DNA of 63,208 nucleotides, filler included, from Chiloscyllium plagiosum (lineage: Eukaryota), in NCBI RefSeq assembly GCF_004010195.1. It is 4 parts of one record of this genome, joined end to end, with 100 filler letters (N's around TTAATTAATTAA, not from the genome) between each part and the next. Parts side by side here need not be neighbours in the genome. Positions count along the whole stretch, not along the records: positions 20,134 to 48,747 come from NC_057713.1; 3 more parts are not named here. One strand, written 5' to 3'. A program made the position numbers and the translations under genes. Shown here piece by piece: positions 27,791-42,032 of this stretch; within the stretch, counting starts at the first letter, position 1; each line of letters begins with the position of its first letter. The notes beneath the pieces are model-generated. The model made no database searches, had not been told where the DNA came from, and was given only the letters and a program-made list of their open reading frames with translations.

Positions 27791-28296
27791 CTTTGTAGAC
27801 TCTGTATCCTCCAAACAACTTACTTTCCCACCTGTCTTTGTATTGTCAGCAAATTTGGTTGTAATACAATTTTTCCTGTCTTACAAATCATTGATTTTAA
27901 TCACAAATTGTTGAGGCACTACTCTCTATGGTGCTCCATTTGTTTCAGTTTGTTAATCTGAAAATAAACCATTCATCCTGAATCTCTATTTACTGTTAGT
28001 TAATTAATGCTAATATATCACCCATGACACCATTTTGCGTGGTAACCTTTCATAGGCATCTTATTGAATGCCTTTTGGAAACCTAAATGTACTAATCTAC
28101 TGATTCCTCTGTATGAACCTTGCTACCTCTTCAAAGGGCTCTAATAAATTTATCAAATACTTTTCCTTTTCTTTCACAAAACCATGTGTCTCTGTCAGAT
28201 TGTATCATGATGTTCTAAATGTCCTATTACTGCACATGTGTTAATGAATTCTAATATTTTTTCCAATGAAAGGTGATTAAAATAACTGAGATATAC

Positions 28297-28933
28297 GGTG
28301 TGATTTTCCCTTAATTTCCAAGTGTGGTGGCAAGTACGTTAGATGGGGATCAACAAATTACCCCCACTGGCCACATCAGCTCACTGATAGGTGAGTGAGC
28401 ACATGTACATCATCTTAACACAGGAGTCACCATTGGCGATCTGAGTTGCCAGAATCAGAGATTGGTAGTTCCTAGGTCCTAAAATCTGCTAGTTGAGATC
28501 TAATGCTCAGGGGATCCAGTGGGGCGAATATGCCTTTTTTATTCTTCTCACAGGGTGCGTGTTGTGGAGAGAGGAGGTCAGAGACAAGGACAGGGTTTGG
28601 TTTTCAGAGATTAACCCCTTGCTTCCATACATGTCTCTGATTGCCTCAGATTGAGGCAATTTGAGAACTCTTTCAACTTAGCAGACAGGTCACCATGTTA
28701 TTCCAGTTGGAAACTCACCACCTTTCTCATCATGGCAGTTGAGGCTCTTAAGTGACATTAATTTCTACTTTGAAAGGCTTTAAGTGCTGGAGAATCAAGA
28801 AAGTCACCTATGGGCCTTCTCATTGCTGAGGTGGCAATAATGGGGTGAGCTTTACTCCAGGAGACAACTTGCCAAATTATTTCTGTTTCTTGCCATCTCT
28901 CTTGCAACCTTCATCAAGAGCAAAATCACAAAC
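28297..28933. mobile_element. putative non-autonomous DNA transposon (MITE-like) inside an old CR1
   Basis: Inverted ends TGTGATTTT...AAAATCACA plus subterminal TGGCAAGT...ACTTGCCA; CR1 sequence resumes on both sides. Confidence 0.4.
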
Positions 28934-29985
28934 ATGGTTTTCTGCTTTTTGCATCCATCATTTTTTGAATAGTTGTGTCATATTTGCAGTTTACCAAGAC
29001 ATTGGAAACTATCTAGATCTCTGGAAATTTTGGAGAATTACAGCCAAATGTCCCTGATCTCTGCACTAGCAATCCAGACCCCAGGCTAATTGTCTGGGGA
29101 ATGGTTTCAAATCTCATGCTGGCAAATGATGCAATTTGAATTCAATACAATCTAAAATAAAGAACTGACCTAATGACAACCATGTAACCACTACCAATTG
29201 TCATAAAAACTCATGTGATTCAATAATGTCCCTTAGGCAAAGTAATCTGCTATACTTGCTTGGTCTGGCCTACATGTGACTCCAGGCTCAAGACAATGTG
29301 GTTGACTCTTAATTAATCTCTGAGCAATTAGGGATGGGCAATAAACATTGGTCTAGCCCATTTCCTGTGAACTGATGAAAAAAATCCTGATACAGGGAAT
29401 CAACAATAAGAGACTTGTTGACCTTTAGTCCCATTAATTTCCCAAATATTTTTCTCAAGTTATAGTGATTGCTTTGAATTTCTCCATCATTTTTGCCTCT
29501 TGATCTTTTCTTACTATTCTTGGGGTATGTTCATGTCTATTGCTTCTATGTGAAGACAAATACAAAATACGTGGTCAGAATCTCCTGGTATTTCATTTTT
29601 AGTCACATTTTAAATTCTCCAATCTGACCATCTAAAAGATTGATATACACTTTAGCTACTCTCTTCCTTGTATGTACTTATGAAAGCTTTTATTGTCTCC
29701 TGTTATATTTCCTGCTAATTTTCTCTTATATTCTAATTTCTTCTTGTTACTACTTTTTGATGAGTTTCCTAAATTTACACAATCTACCGATCAACTATTA
29801 ATATTGACAATATTGTACATCATTTTTCATTTTCATACCATTGTTTCTTAATTAGCACTTAGTTGAGAAACATATCAGCCATAATTGAATGGCAGAGCAG
29901 ACTCAATGGGACAAATGGCCTCATTCTGCTCCTATGTCTGATGGTCTAATGGACTCTATTTATCAATTCAAAAGGCATAGCTTAC

Positions 29986-30146
29986 AGAAACTGCTGAAAG
30001 AAAGGTGATTAATCTTCTTAACGTTTAAACTCAGTTTTTAACTGCAGAGAAGAGGCAACTTCAGAACTGGGAGAAGATCTGCGTATTTCCTTTTTTCTCT
30101 CTGTGTGTCTTTGTAACTTGTTTCCAGCTCCAAGCTGCTCATCCAC
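29986..30146 (-). pseudogene. exon-like segment with in-frame stops
   Basis: Acceptor GGTTCTTAG and donor TCT|GTAAGC; reads VDEQLGAGNKLQRHTERKKEIRRSSPSSEVASSLQLKTEFKR then a stop. Confidence 0.25.
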
Positions 30147-30159
30147 CTAAGAACCAATC

Positions 30160-30880
30160 ACACACTGTTGCTGAACAAAAAGACCAAGAGGTGTAGCTGC
30201 ACAGTTCCTTGGAGTTGCAGATAGACGGCATGGTGAAGAAGGCACTTCGCACATTTGCCTTCATTGGCAAAGAAAATTGAATATAGGAGTTGGGGTGTCA
30301 TGTTGTGGCTGTACAGGACATTGGGGAGGTTACTTTTAGAATACTGCACACAGTTCTGGTTGCCCTTCTGTAGGAAAGATGTTGTTAAATGTGAGAAGAT
30401 ACAGAAAGGATTTACAAGGAAGTTGCTGGGACTAGAAGGTTTGAGCTGTTGGAAGAGGCTGATTGGTTGGAGCTATCTTCCCTGAAGCATTGTAGACTGA
30501 GGGTCAACCTTATGGAGGTTTATAAAATTATGAGGGGCATGGATAGGGTGAATAGCCAAGGTCATTTTCCCAGAGTAGGGGAGTCCAAAACTAGAGGACA
30601 TGGGTTTAAGGTGAGAGGACATAGATTTAAAAGGATCTGAAGGGTAACTTTTTCACGCAAAGGTGTGTGTATGGAATGAACTACCAGAAAAAGTGGAGAA
30701 GGCAGACACAATTACAACATTTAGAAGGTGTCTGGATGGAGATCTGGGAATAGGAAGGGTTACAGAGATATGGGCCAAATGCTGGCCAAATCTGGACTAG
30801 GTCAGATGAGGATGTCTGGTCAGCGTAGATGAGTTGGACTGAAGGTTCTGTTTCCATGCTGCATGATTCTCTGACTCTAT
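30160..30880 (+). mobile_element. HER1/CR1 LINE 3' part
   Basis: LYRTLGRLLLEYCTQFW and MEVYKIMRGMDRV motifs; tail CTCTGACTCTATG. Confidence 0.85.
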
Positions 30881-31645
30881 GTCTACTGGCACTGCTTTGT
30901 CTAAGCTACTCGTTACCTCCTCAAAGATTTCTAACAGATTTGTCAGGCATAACCTCCCCTTGACGAAGCTGTTCAATTTTACCACACTTCCAAGTACTCC
31001 ACAATCCCATCCTTAATAATGGACTCTTAAAATCTTACCAACAAATGAGGTCAGGCTAACCATCCTGCAATTTCCGATCTTCTGCTTCCCTCTCTTCTTA
31101 AACAGTGGTGTACATTTGCTATTTTCCAGTCCTCTGGGACTTTTCCTGAAAGATCACGGCCAATGCTTCCACAATCTCTCCAGCCATCTCCTTCAGAATT
31201 CTAGGTGTAGTCCATTTGGTCAGAGTGATTTATCTACCTTCAGACCTTTCAGCTTCACTTTCTCCTTGGTGGTGACCACTACACCCACCTCTGCCCCCAA
31301 CTCTCTTGAAGTTCTGGCATGCAGCTATGTCTTCCACTGTGAAAACTGATGCAAAGTTTGACTGATTCAGTTCCTCTGCTATTTCTTTTTTCCCTGTTAC
31401 TATCTCTCTAGCCTGATTTTTCAACAGTCCAAAGTCCACCACTGTTACCTCTCTCTTACCTTTAATATATCTAAAAAAAACTCTTGCAATCTTCTTTGAT
31501 ATTACTAGCTAGCCTACTCTCATATTTCATCTTCACTCCACTTATTGCTTTTTTCAGTTATTCCTTGCTGGTTTTTAAAGGCTTCCAAATTCTCCAGCTT
31601 AACACTGATCTTCACCACACTCTACACTTTTCCTTTTGCTTTTGT
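30881..31645 (-). mobile_element. CR1 LINE ORF2 fragment
   Basis: FASVFTVED and FVKGRLCLTNLLEIFEEVT motifs. Confidence 0.8.
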
Positions 31646-31649
31646 GAGA

Positions 31650-34130
31650 CATTTTCTATGTGAATCATTAACTGTATTCCTCTTACAAACGAATGGAAAC
31701 TTGCAGAGAAAATTATCTGAACAACAAGGGGTCTGGCTAGCCCCAGAAGTATCATCTCAACATTGGAACCAGGAAGGAAGGAGACCACCGAATCAAATTT
31801 TCAGTCTTTCTACTTCCACTAATAATTTATTTTTTGTATTCAAGTGTGTATGTGTGTGTGTATGTGTGTATATATAAATAGCCAAATTTATAAGGGATTT
31901 GAGTTTTAATTAATAATATTTTATACCAATGGTTTATATCTTTTATCTGTTGCTGTAGTCTAATTATTTGTCATAAATAATAATTCCTGAGCAGTATAGA
32001 AACCTTGTCTGTGCTTTCCATCAACCTTTTTTTTGAAAGTCAAGTAAATTGAGTAAGTGTTCATACATTAACAAAAAAAAAACATTTAATACAACACTGG
32101 GACTAGCAGGGCTTGATTTACAGCACCCCACTCAATGGGTTGTGACAAAGTTTGAGGGCTCTTGGTCAAGGTTGGATCGCCATGGAAACAGAGGCAACGA
32201 GGTTTTGGATTATTGACAAATAATATGGCTGAAGGAAAACATCAGGTTCTGTGCTGTATTTAGACATGGCACTGGAAACAGCAAAGGATGAAGGTGGCAG
32301 AGTTTCGCTGGCAGTCTTAAAGGAAATTTCAAAATCAAGGTTGAAGGATTTACCAGGTAAAAAGATTTACCAGGTAAACTGGAGAAGGTATTGCTTGACA
32401 GTGCTAAAGAGGCAGAGATAACTGAGATAACATGGTACTTGAGTATAGAGGAAATACAAATGAGATCTAATACTTCAGGTAATGGAATGTCAGAATCAGG
32501 TAATGTTCTGTTCCAATTAAAGCAGCTTAAACATGAGGAGAGAACGAAGAAACGAGAGATGGCAGAAAAAAAGATAAGGGAAGGGAAATGGAATTAAAAA
32601 GAATGTGTGTAGGAAAATTAGAATGAGAATTGCAAAGAGATGAGAAAGAAAGAAAATGTGAATATAAGCTTAAAATGTTACATTTACAAAAGGAGACATT
32701 AGATGCTATTGCATACTCTAAAAGGGAATACCTAAGTTATAATTTGAAGTCTAGAAAGGAAATGTTTAAGTTTGTACAAGCCCTACCAAATTTTGAGGGA
32801 GAGGTTTTCGGGGCATTCTTTATGTTATTTGAGAAAATAGCTCAGCAAATGAAGTGGGCTAAAGGAGACTGGATGTTGCTCACGTAGAGTAAGTCGGCAG
32901 ATTATGCTACACTGTCAATGGAGGTTTCTTGGGGTTATGATACGATGAAGTAGAATATATTTCCTGCATATGAGTTAGTACCTGAGGCATAAAGGCAAAG
33001 GTTCCAGAATTTAAGAAAGAGCCTGGGAAAACCTAAATTGAACTCAAAAAGGTTAAAGTAAGTAATTTTGAAAGGCGGTTATGAACAATATAAGTTGAAA
33101 CTGTATATGAAGCTTAGAGAGGTTATCATTTAAAAGGAAGTTAAAAACTCATGACCTGCCATAATAAGAACTCCTCTGGCAGATCAACGGGTTGCAATTT
33201 CTGAACAGGCAACAATAATGGCTGACAGTTATGAACTAATCCATGAAACGCATTTTTACTTCTATCAGCCACATTCGAAAGGGAGAGTGAAAGGAAGACA
33301 AGTCAAAGTGAGGAATGGATAACTGGAATGCCCCTTGTCTCCTGCTCAGATCAAAGGGAATGTTCTGAAGGTGGAGGTGAAAATTGGAAGCTAAGGTATT
33401 TCTATTGTAACAAGGTGGGACATATTTGTTCATAATGCTGAAAAGGACAGCTGAAAAGGAAGCCCATGTGACTTATTAGAATATGTAAGACTGGGTCTGA
33501 AAAGGAAACTCAGAATGAGAAACCCACAGATCAGATAGCAGCTTTAATTACAATTAAGAAACTGGAGGTAGACATTGCTGAGTGCAGAAGAAATACATAG
33601 GGTAGATGGGAGATATGAAGGATCTTTATCTAATTGGATGATAATCCCTTTATCTTCAAAGGAAGAATCCAAGCCCATAACTATTCTAAGAAGTAGAGGG
33701 ACTAGTCAACCTGTCTTACTGGAGAAAGATGTAAACTTCCTTCCAGAGAGTTCATTGAAGTGTTTGCAAATGGGATACATGAGATAGGCAGAAAGTATTA
33801 TCCTAGTTCCATTGTTGAAGATCCAATTGGAGCGTGACTTATTGTCTGAACTAGTGGTAGTTGGGGTAGTTAAGAACTTACCTGTAGGTGGAGCTGATTT
33901 ATGAATTGTCAGGAGTGAAAGTTGTAGCTTTACCTGTAATTGCAGAATGCCCAGTTGAGGCTAAAGAGATGGAACCCTTGCAGGAACAATTGCAGGAACA
34001 ACTTCTGGTGTGGAGACCAGAGCAAACGCTAAACAAAATACATCATCAGATTTTTAAGCATGTGGGAATTTACCAAACAATGATTCAGGAATACAGAAAC
34101 CAAAGGGTTATTTCTCGAAGAAACTAAACC
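31650..34130 (+). mobile_element. degenerate Gmr1-like Gypsy element: LTR 3' part, PBS, gag, zinc knuckle, protease
   Basis: LTR ends GGTTGTGACA at 32147, followed by a decayed tRNA-Pro-type PBS (TTTGAGGGCTCTTG). gag FFMLFEKIAQQMKWAKGDWMLL; knuckle remnant FYCNKVGH; protease KPITILRSRGTSQPVLL. Confidence 0.75.
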
Positions 34131-34824
34131 AATATCAGAGGAAGAATTCTATCAGACAAAAAGAGACCAGATATCCTGAACTAATTTAGTCCCATTTGCC
34201 AGCACTTGTCTCCTGGTCATCCTTGTGTTCTGAGCCTGTTTCTTGCTGGCTTTCTCCTTCTGCCTGTCCCTTAGGTTAACTCTCTTTTATAAGGGTACAA
34301 GTCTTCATCATTAGGATTAAATAAAATGCCCAATATAGAGACAGTCCATTTGGCCCAACCTGATGTTTAAACTCCATATGAGTGTCTTCCAATCCCTTTT
34401 CATCTCACTCTGTCAGCACATCCATCTATTCTGTTCTCCTGCATGTGGTTATCTAGATTGCCATAAAATATTTATGCTATTCACCTCAAACTCTTGTACT
34501 AGCGAGTTTCACTTTCTCACAATTTTCTAGACAACAAAGTTTCTAGAATCTGTTTTTGTGTTCTTGGGAATATATCTAATTCCCCAGCTACTGTATTAGG
34601 ATTTAAATGCCAGATCTCTAGTCCACTGTACTCTCCCATCTCATCCCTGTAGCTGTTAGGTCTGATAACTTAACTGGAGTTGCAATGCTAGAGCTTCACA
34701 ATTAGATGGAAAAACAGATAATTAAATAATAATCATTGAATGTCCATCACAAACAAAAATAACTACAATTGCAAAAGCACCAAGTAGTCCAATTAATAAA
34801 TGTACATTTTTAAAAATGTATGCA

Positions 34825-36610
34825 CCAATGTGATGTGGGTGTCACTGGCTGGCCAGAATTTATTGCCTATGTCTAGTTACCTTTTGGAAGGTGGTAGTGA
34901 GCTGCCATTTTGAACCACTGCAGCCCATGTTCTGTTGGGCGACCCACAATGCCCATAGGGAGAGAATTCCAGGATTTTGACTGAAATGTTATCAGGGCCC
35001 ACAATTTTTGCAGCATCCACTGCCTCCAACTGTTTCTTGATGTCATGTGGAATGAATTGAATTGGCTGAAGACTGGCATTCATGATGCTGGGAACCACTG
35101 GAGGAGGCTGAGATGGGTCATCCACTTGGCACTCCTGGCTGAAGGTTGTTGTGAATGCTTAGGCCTTATATTTTGCCCTGTTGTGCTGGGCTCTTCCATC
35201 AATGTGGTTGGGAACATTTGTGGAGCTTCCTCCTCCAGTTAGTTGTTTAATAGTCCAACAACATTCAGGACTGAATGTGGTAGCACTGAGAGCTCAGATC
35301 TGATCTGTTGGCTGTAGGATTGCTCAGTTCTATTGCTGCTTTTGCTGTTTGGCATAGAAGTGGCCCTGTTTGGTAGCTTCACCAACTTGACACTTCATTT
35401 TCAGGTATGCCTGGTGCTGCTCCTGGCATGCCTCCTGCAGTCTCCATTAAACCAGACTTGATCTCCTGGCTTGGTAGTAATGATTGAGTGGGGGATATGC
35501 TGGGCCATGAGCCTGCAGATTGTATTGAAGTACAATTCTGCTGTTGTTGAGGCCACAGTGCCTCATGGATGTCCAGTCTTGAATCACTAAATCTGTTTGA
35601 AAGCTGTCGCATTTAGCATGGTGGTAGTACCACACAACGTGATGGAGGGTATTCTCAATATGAAAGTGTGATTTTGTCTCCACAAGGACTGTGCAGTTGT
35701 CACTCTTACCAATACTGTCATGGACAAATGCATCTGTAGCCAGAAGATTGGTAAGGATGAGGTCAAGTATGTTTTCCCCCTCTTGTTGGTTCCCTCACCA
35801 CTTACCTCAGAACCAGTTTAGTAACTATGTCCTTTAGGACCTGACCAGCTCAATCAATAGTGCTGTTGCTGAGCTTTTGCCGAGTTGGTGGTGGGCATTG
35901 AAACCCCTGACCCAGAGGACATTCTGTGCCCTTACCACCCTCCAAGTGTTTCTCAACATGGAAGAATACTGATTCATCCACTGAGGGAGGACAGTATGGG
36001 GTAATCAGCAGGAGATTCCTTGTCCGTGTTAAACCGGATGCCATGTGACTTCATGGGGTGTGGAGTCAATGTTGGAGTCCAAGGGCAACTACCTCCTCAC
36101 TGTATACCACTGCTGGGTTCTGTCCTGCCAATGGGACAGGACAATCCAGAGATGGTGATGGTAGTGTAAGTCAGTTTTCCCAATTTTGGCATTAGCCCTG
36201 AGATGTTAGTAAGAAGGACCTGTCAGGGCTGTTTGTGCCATTGTCATTTCTGGTGCCTAGATCTTCGCCAGGTAGTCCGTCCATATTAATTTCTTTGTTG
36301 AGACTTCATAGCAATTGTTACAACTGAGTGGCTTATTAGGCCATTTCAGAGGGCGGTTGATAGTTAAAATACATTGTGTGACCCTAGATTCACATGTAGG
36401 CCAGACCAGGTGAGGATGGCATATTTCCTTCCCTGAGGGCATTTGTGAATCAAATGGGTTTTCTTTCAATCAGCATGGTCATCAGTAGATTCTTAATTCC
36501 AGCTATCTTTTTTGAATTCATCTACCATGGCGGGATTCGAACCTGGGTCCCACGAATATTAACTGAGGTTCTAGTTTAATAGTCTAGCAATAATAATAGG
36601 CCATTGCCTC
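34825..36610 (-). mobile_element. L2/CR1-group LINE (second shark LINE family), internally deleted
   Basis: NLLLITPYCPPSVDESVFFHVE (endonuclease) and IQFIPHDIKKQLEAVDAAKIVGPDNI; typical 3' end near 34825-34960. Confidence 0.75.
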
Positions 36611-37615
36611 CTCTTTGAATCTTTATTCTATTGTCTGAAACTGAGGAGAATCAATACTGTTACATTATTTAGATGGGGCTGAGGAATCAATGAGAGGGTA
36701 ATAAATGTTATTATGACCACTTGTGGGTTTTTTTATTGTCTGCACTACGGAATCTACATTCCTAGAAGGTTTACATACATCAGGCATGTCAGAAGATTTC
36801 TGATTTACAAAAAAAAAGACTATTTTTTGAGACAATCTCAGAATATCCCAAAGCACTTTGTACCTAATGAAGTACAGTCACTGTTGTGATGTGGAAAGGC
36901 AGCAGCCTATTTGAGTGCAGAAAGGTCCCGCAAACAATAATACGCTCAAATAGTAGTATTTTTAAAATCGATTGAGGGATAAATATTGGACTGAACAAAA
37001 GGGAGAACTTATGGCTGCTCTTTAAAATATTCACCTGAATGGGCAGCTCAGGGTTAACACTTTTTTGCAAAATAGCAGCTCTGGCAATGTGGCACTCCCA
37101 CAGTACTGTACTGGTAGTGTTAATCTGGATTTTGCAGTTAAGTCTTTCTGAAAACTCTTTTGTTTGTGCAATTCACTCAGGGAGTCCAAGTTGCTGTGAC
37201 AACATTTATAATTACATGCATGCTGCAGTCTGGAGCTGTAAATATTGATGGTAGAAGCTCCAAAGTGTTTCCTGGTTGACCAGGAATCTCTCCTACTCTT
37301 CTCATCTTCACATTGGCCTGTGTTAGAAGGATTTAATAATTAGTACACATCGTGTTTGATCATATTACAAATGCACCTTCTCTTTGACTGTCAAGGCCTA
37401 AAGTGGAATTCAAGACTAGAGCTTCTGGCCCAGAGGCAGGGTCTCTACCCACTGTGCCAAAAGACTTCCCCTCAAGTTCGTATATATAGATTTGAACCAC
37501 AAATATTTTGCCTCTGAAACATGAGTGGTACACACAGAGACAAGTCAAACAGTATTAAGGTCCCAAATACATCTGCAATCTTCCTCTGCCCCATGACTAT
37601 GATAAAGGGGGAGAT

Positions 37616-37694
37616 TCTGATCTTGCTAAACCTTCTAATCTGATCTTGCTAAAGCTTCTAAAGCTACCATCTGCTTTATATAAAGCAGATGGTA
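37616..37694. repeat. 23-bp tandem duplication followed by a perfect 30-bp palindrome
   Basis: TCTGATCTTGCTAAA(C/G)CTTCTAA x2 (37616-37661); TACCATCTGCTTTATATAAAGCAGATGGTA (37665-37694) equals its own reverse complement. Confidence 0.9.
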
Positions 37695-38512
37695 TTTGGA
37701 AAATGAGCCATATGAACGTGATTATTGGTGCCTAACTAAAACTGGTAGTAGGTTCTGTTTATAATAAGCTGATTATATGGTGACTCCCTGCAATTCTTTG
37801 GTTCTGTCATCTTTGTGGTGGTACATGTCACCTTTATGATGGTGAATCAAGATGATCAGATCCCACCCAGTTTCTTGCTGCCCAGGCAGCATTTGTGGGA
37901 CTTCAATCCCAGAACATCAATGGCCCTGAGTCTGTCTTCCAAATCATAGCACATTCAGCTTCTAAAGACTAGGGGGTGGCCTCCAAGAAGTCTGTATAAT
38001 TAGAGAAGGTTTTGACAGATAGAAATGTCGATGTTTTCACTTATGGGTGAAACCAAAACCAGGGATCATAAATATTGTGACTAATAAATTGGGCATTTAG
38101 GAGAAACATTTTTACCCAGAGACTGTTGAGAATGTGCAACTCACAACCACAGAAATGGTTGAAGGAATGAATATAGACATATTTAAGGGGAAGCTGGATA
38201 AAACATGAGAAAAAAGAATCAAAATGATGTGTTAATGTGGTGAGATTAGTAAGGGTAGGAAAAGGCACATGTCGAGCATGAATACCACATGGATCATTTG
38301 CACTGAATGGCTTCTCTCTGTGCTGTAATTTTTACATAACTCATTTTTTTGATTATGGTGCTTTGCAAGTTCTTCTGAAAATAAAACATATCAAGATGAG
38401 GACCCCGCCTGGACTGTCAATGTGATATTAAAACACTGGGGAAATTTTACATCTTCTATGTCTGGCTGCATCATTTCACAGACCCTATCAAATATATTGC
38501 TGATATGGTGAG

Positions 38513-41400
38513 ATGATGTGTAGGTGCTGCTGTTGGACTGAGGTGGACAAAGTTAAAAATCACACATCATCAGGCTACTGTCCAACAGGTTTATTTGGAA
38601 GCCCTTTTTTATGGAGTGCTGCTCCTTCATCAGGTAGCTGTGGAACACAGTCATAAGGCACAGAATTTATAGCAAAAGATCGCAGTGTCATGCAATGGAA
38701 ATGATATATTGAACAAATATAGATTGCTGTTAATTCTTTCATCTCTTAGAATGGGTTGCAGGTTTTGGTTCATTAATATGTAAATCCCAGAACTTATTTT
38801 CAGTCACATTCTCGAGATAACTTAAGGTTTTATAAGAAAAGAGGTGACATCTCAGCTCAGACAATGCACTAAAGGTCTGAGGTTAGAGTCTATCTGTATC
38901 CCAGTTTTGAGCCAGACTGGTTCTATTTCCAAAGTCGGAATTTATAAAATGTTACATGGATTGACTGTTTGCATTGACTGCCTGCAGGTTGTGTGCTTTT
39001 TGAACAAAATAGAATGTGCCTGCACTTACAATTCTGCAAATGCAAATTCATTACACAGACTTATATGTGTGTCTGTGTGTGCATGTGTGGGGGGGGGGTC
39101 AGAGAGAGAGAGAGTGAGAAAGAGAGTGTGTGTGTGTGCGCGTGAGAGAGAGAGAGAGAATCTGAGTATGTGCATGTAAGTGCATGTGAATGTGTGTTTG
39201 CATGAGTGCATACTTGGTGCAGTATGTGCATGAGTGTGATGGAGTATAAGCCTGTGAGAGGATGTGTGTGTGTAGGTGTAGGGGGTGTATGTGTGTCTGA
39301 GAGAAAGCAGGTGTATGAGAGAGGGTCTGTGTGAGTGTGTGAGTATGAGAAAGAAAGTGTATAGTGTAGTGTGGTCACCTATAGTGTGACATGAACCCAA
39401 CGTCCCGAATGAGGCAATCCTCATGTGTACTGAACTTGGCTATCAACCTCTGCTCAGTCACTCTGCATTGCTGCCTATCCCAAACTCCACCTTGGAGGAT
39501 GGTCACCCGAAAATCTGAGGCCGAATGCCACTGACTGCTGAAGTACTCCCCAACTGGGAGGGAACATCCCTGTTTGGCAATTGTTGTGCAGTATCCATTC
39601 ATCCATGATCATAACATCTGCTTCATCTTGCCAATATACCATGCCTCAGGGCATTCCTGCCTGCAGTGTATGAGAAAGACAAAGTTGGCCGAGTCCTGAA
39701 GGCTGGGCTGTTTCCTGTGAACAATGTTTAAGGTTTGGCAGTTGTTTAAAGGCAACAAGTGGAGGCGTGGGGAAGGTCTTGGTGAGGTGGTCCTGTTGCA
39801 GGCTGTGAAAAACATGGTGTAGCTTCTCCGCGTGGGAAGTATGAAGGGTACTCTCTCAGTTGTATCCCGTATCTGTCTCCTGAGGATGATTAGTTTCTCG
39901 CTTTGGCAAATCCGAACTGGCGATCGATAAGTTGAGCATCATACCCTGTTCTTATGAGGGTGTCCTTCAGCACCTTCAGATGTCCATTGCATTCATCCTC
40001 ATCTGAATAGATCCTTTGTATGAGTAGGGCTTGTCCATAGGGAATGGCTGTTTTAATGTGTTTAGGGTGGAAGCGAGAGAAGTGTAGCATCGTGAGGTTA
40101 TCCGAGGGTTTGCAGTAGAGTGGGGTACTGAAGTTCCCGTCCTTGATGGAGAATGAGACCAAGAATGTGTCCAAGAATGAGACAGATATTAAAGAGTAGT
40201 CCATGGTAAGTCTGTTGGTGGGATGAAACTTGCTGACATCACTGTGTAGTTGTTTCAGTGACTCCTCATCACGGGCCTGGAGGAAGAAAATATCGTCAAT
40301 ATATCTGGTATGTAGTGTTGGAGGTCCTGTCCAGCAAAGACGTCTTGTTCGAATTTGTGCATGAAAATGTTTGCATATTGGAGTGCAAATTTGGTCCCCA
40401 TGGCTATTCCATGTATCTGGATGAAGAACTGGTTTTCAAAGGTGAAAATGTGGTCGAGACTGAAGTGGATGAGTTGTAGGATGGTGCTCGGAGATTGGCA
40501 GTTGTTGGTGTTGAGTACTGAGATTGTTGCAGTGATGCCATCATTGGAGGGTATGCTGGTGTAGTGTGCTGAAACATCCATTGTGATGAGGAATGTTCCC
40601 AGTTTGACTAGTCCATGGCTGCTGAGTTTCTGGAAGTAATCTGTAGTGTCGCGACAGAAGCTGGCGATCCCCTGTACAATTGGTTTCAAGATCCCCTCAA
40701 CATAGCCAGAGAGGTTTTCACACAGGGTTCTGTTGCCTGACATGATGGGACAACCAGGTGAGTTGGCTTTGTGTATCTTTGGAAGGCAGTAGAAGTCTCC
40801 TACGTGACAAGTACATGGAATGAAAGTGTGTAGGGAATTCTGTAGGACTGGATCCAAAGGTCTGATCAATGCGTTTAGTTCATGGGTGTGTTCTTTGGTC
40901 GAATCAGTTGGTAGTCTCCTGTAGTGTTCCTGGTTGTTCAGTTGTTGGTACACTTCCTTGCAGTAGTCTGTTCTATTCTGAATGACAATGGCTCCTCCTT
41001 TATCTGCTGGTTTGATGAGAATGTTGTAATTGGTTTTGAGAGCATGGATGGTGTTGCGTTGTGATCGGGTGACATTTTGCTCTACCTTGTGGGTGCGGCT
41101 GATGAAACTGGCATTTACATATTTCCTGACGGTTTGAGCATATATGTTAAGCCCAGGGCAGCAACCCTCGATTTGGACCCTTCCTCCAGAAGGGTCCAAA
41201 TCGATTTCCTCTATGGTCACTTCACTACAGATCTCTCTGATAACTGTTCCAGTTCATTGGGTTGCTCTCATTGGGATTGCTTCTGACATCTTGAAAGAAT
41301 TCCTAGAGTCTCATTCGTCTGATGAATTCTTCCATGGTGAGATGAAAGTAGGGTTGGGAGGGAACTCGTATTCGGCATTAACATCAGCATTGACCAGTTG
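38513..41400 (-). mobile_element. Penelope-like retroelement, long decayed copy (RT + GIY-YIG + microsatellite-rich 3' region + terminal repeat)
   Basis: IKPADKGGAIV, FYCLPKIHK, TMDVSAHYTSIP, GIAMGTKFALQYANIFM; GIY-YIG-like HCRQECPEAWYIGK and EQRLIAKF; hammerhead remnant CTGATGAAGGAGCAGCACTCC at about 38613-38633. Confidence 0.92.
39064..39370. repeat. (GT)n/(GA)n compound microsatellite within the PLE
   Basis: Directly visible. Confidence 0.9.
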
Positions 41401-42032
41401 GATGAAAGGCTTGTTTTTGTACTGTAAACAAGGTAATTACATGTGTGGGGTCCCCAAGTATACATATTTGACAAATACAATGATTAGAAGACCTAACACC
41501 TCAAATACATTGCTTGCAGAAGGGATTTGAAAAGGGCACAGAGCATTTAATAGGATAACAAGTTCCATCATATCAAAAATCGTAGCTCCCTGAACATATT
41601 TATAGTTCCTAATTCTACTGGAAAGCAGAGAAATTAGTTCCTCTACTGCTGGGATTTAAAATAAAGTGGCATATCATTAAAATTAACACAGGACCATTCT
41701 GAAGTGATGTCAGGAAGCAACCAAAGGCAAGTGGAAATCTGAAACCCTCCGCCAAAAAGCTGTAGCATCTGGCTGTCAATTGACAATTTCAAAATATAGG
41801 CTGTGGCAGTTTTAGTGCATAAGAATATAAAAGGCTGTTGACCAAGGTTGATAAATGAATTTGGTACACATCAGTCATGAATGGGCTTGAGGGTCTGAAT
41901 GGTCTTCTCTTCTAATAAAAGGATTGCATTTCAATAGCATCTTTCACAACCACATGAGGCTTAAGCATTTTACAGCAAATAAAATACTGTTGTAAAGTAG
42001 AACATAGAAAAGTACAGCACAGAACAGCCCCA

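Noticed and set aside
39026..39424. His/Thr-rich ORFs
   Set aside because: Translations of a (CA)n/(CT)n microsatellite inside the Penelope-like element.
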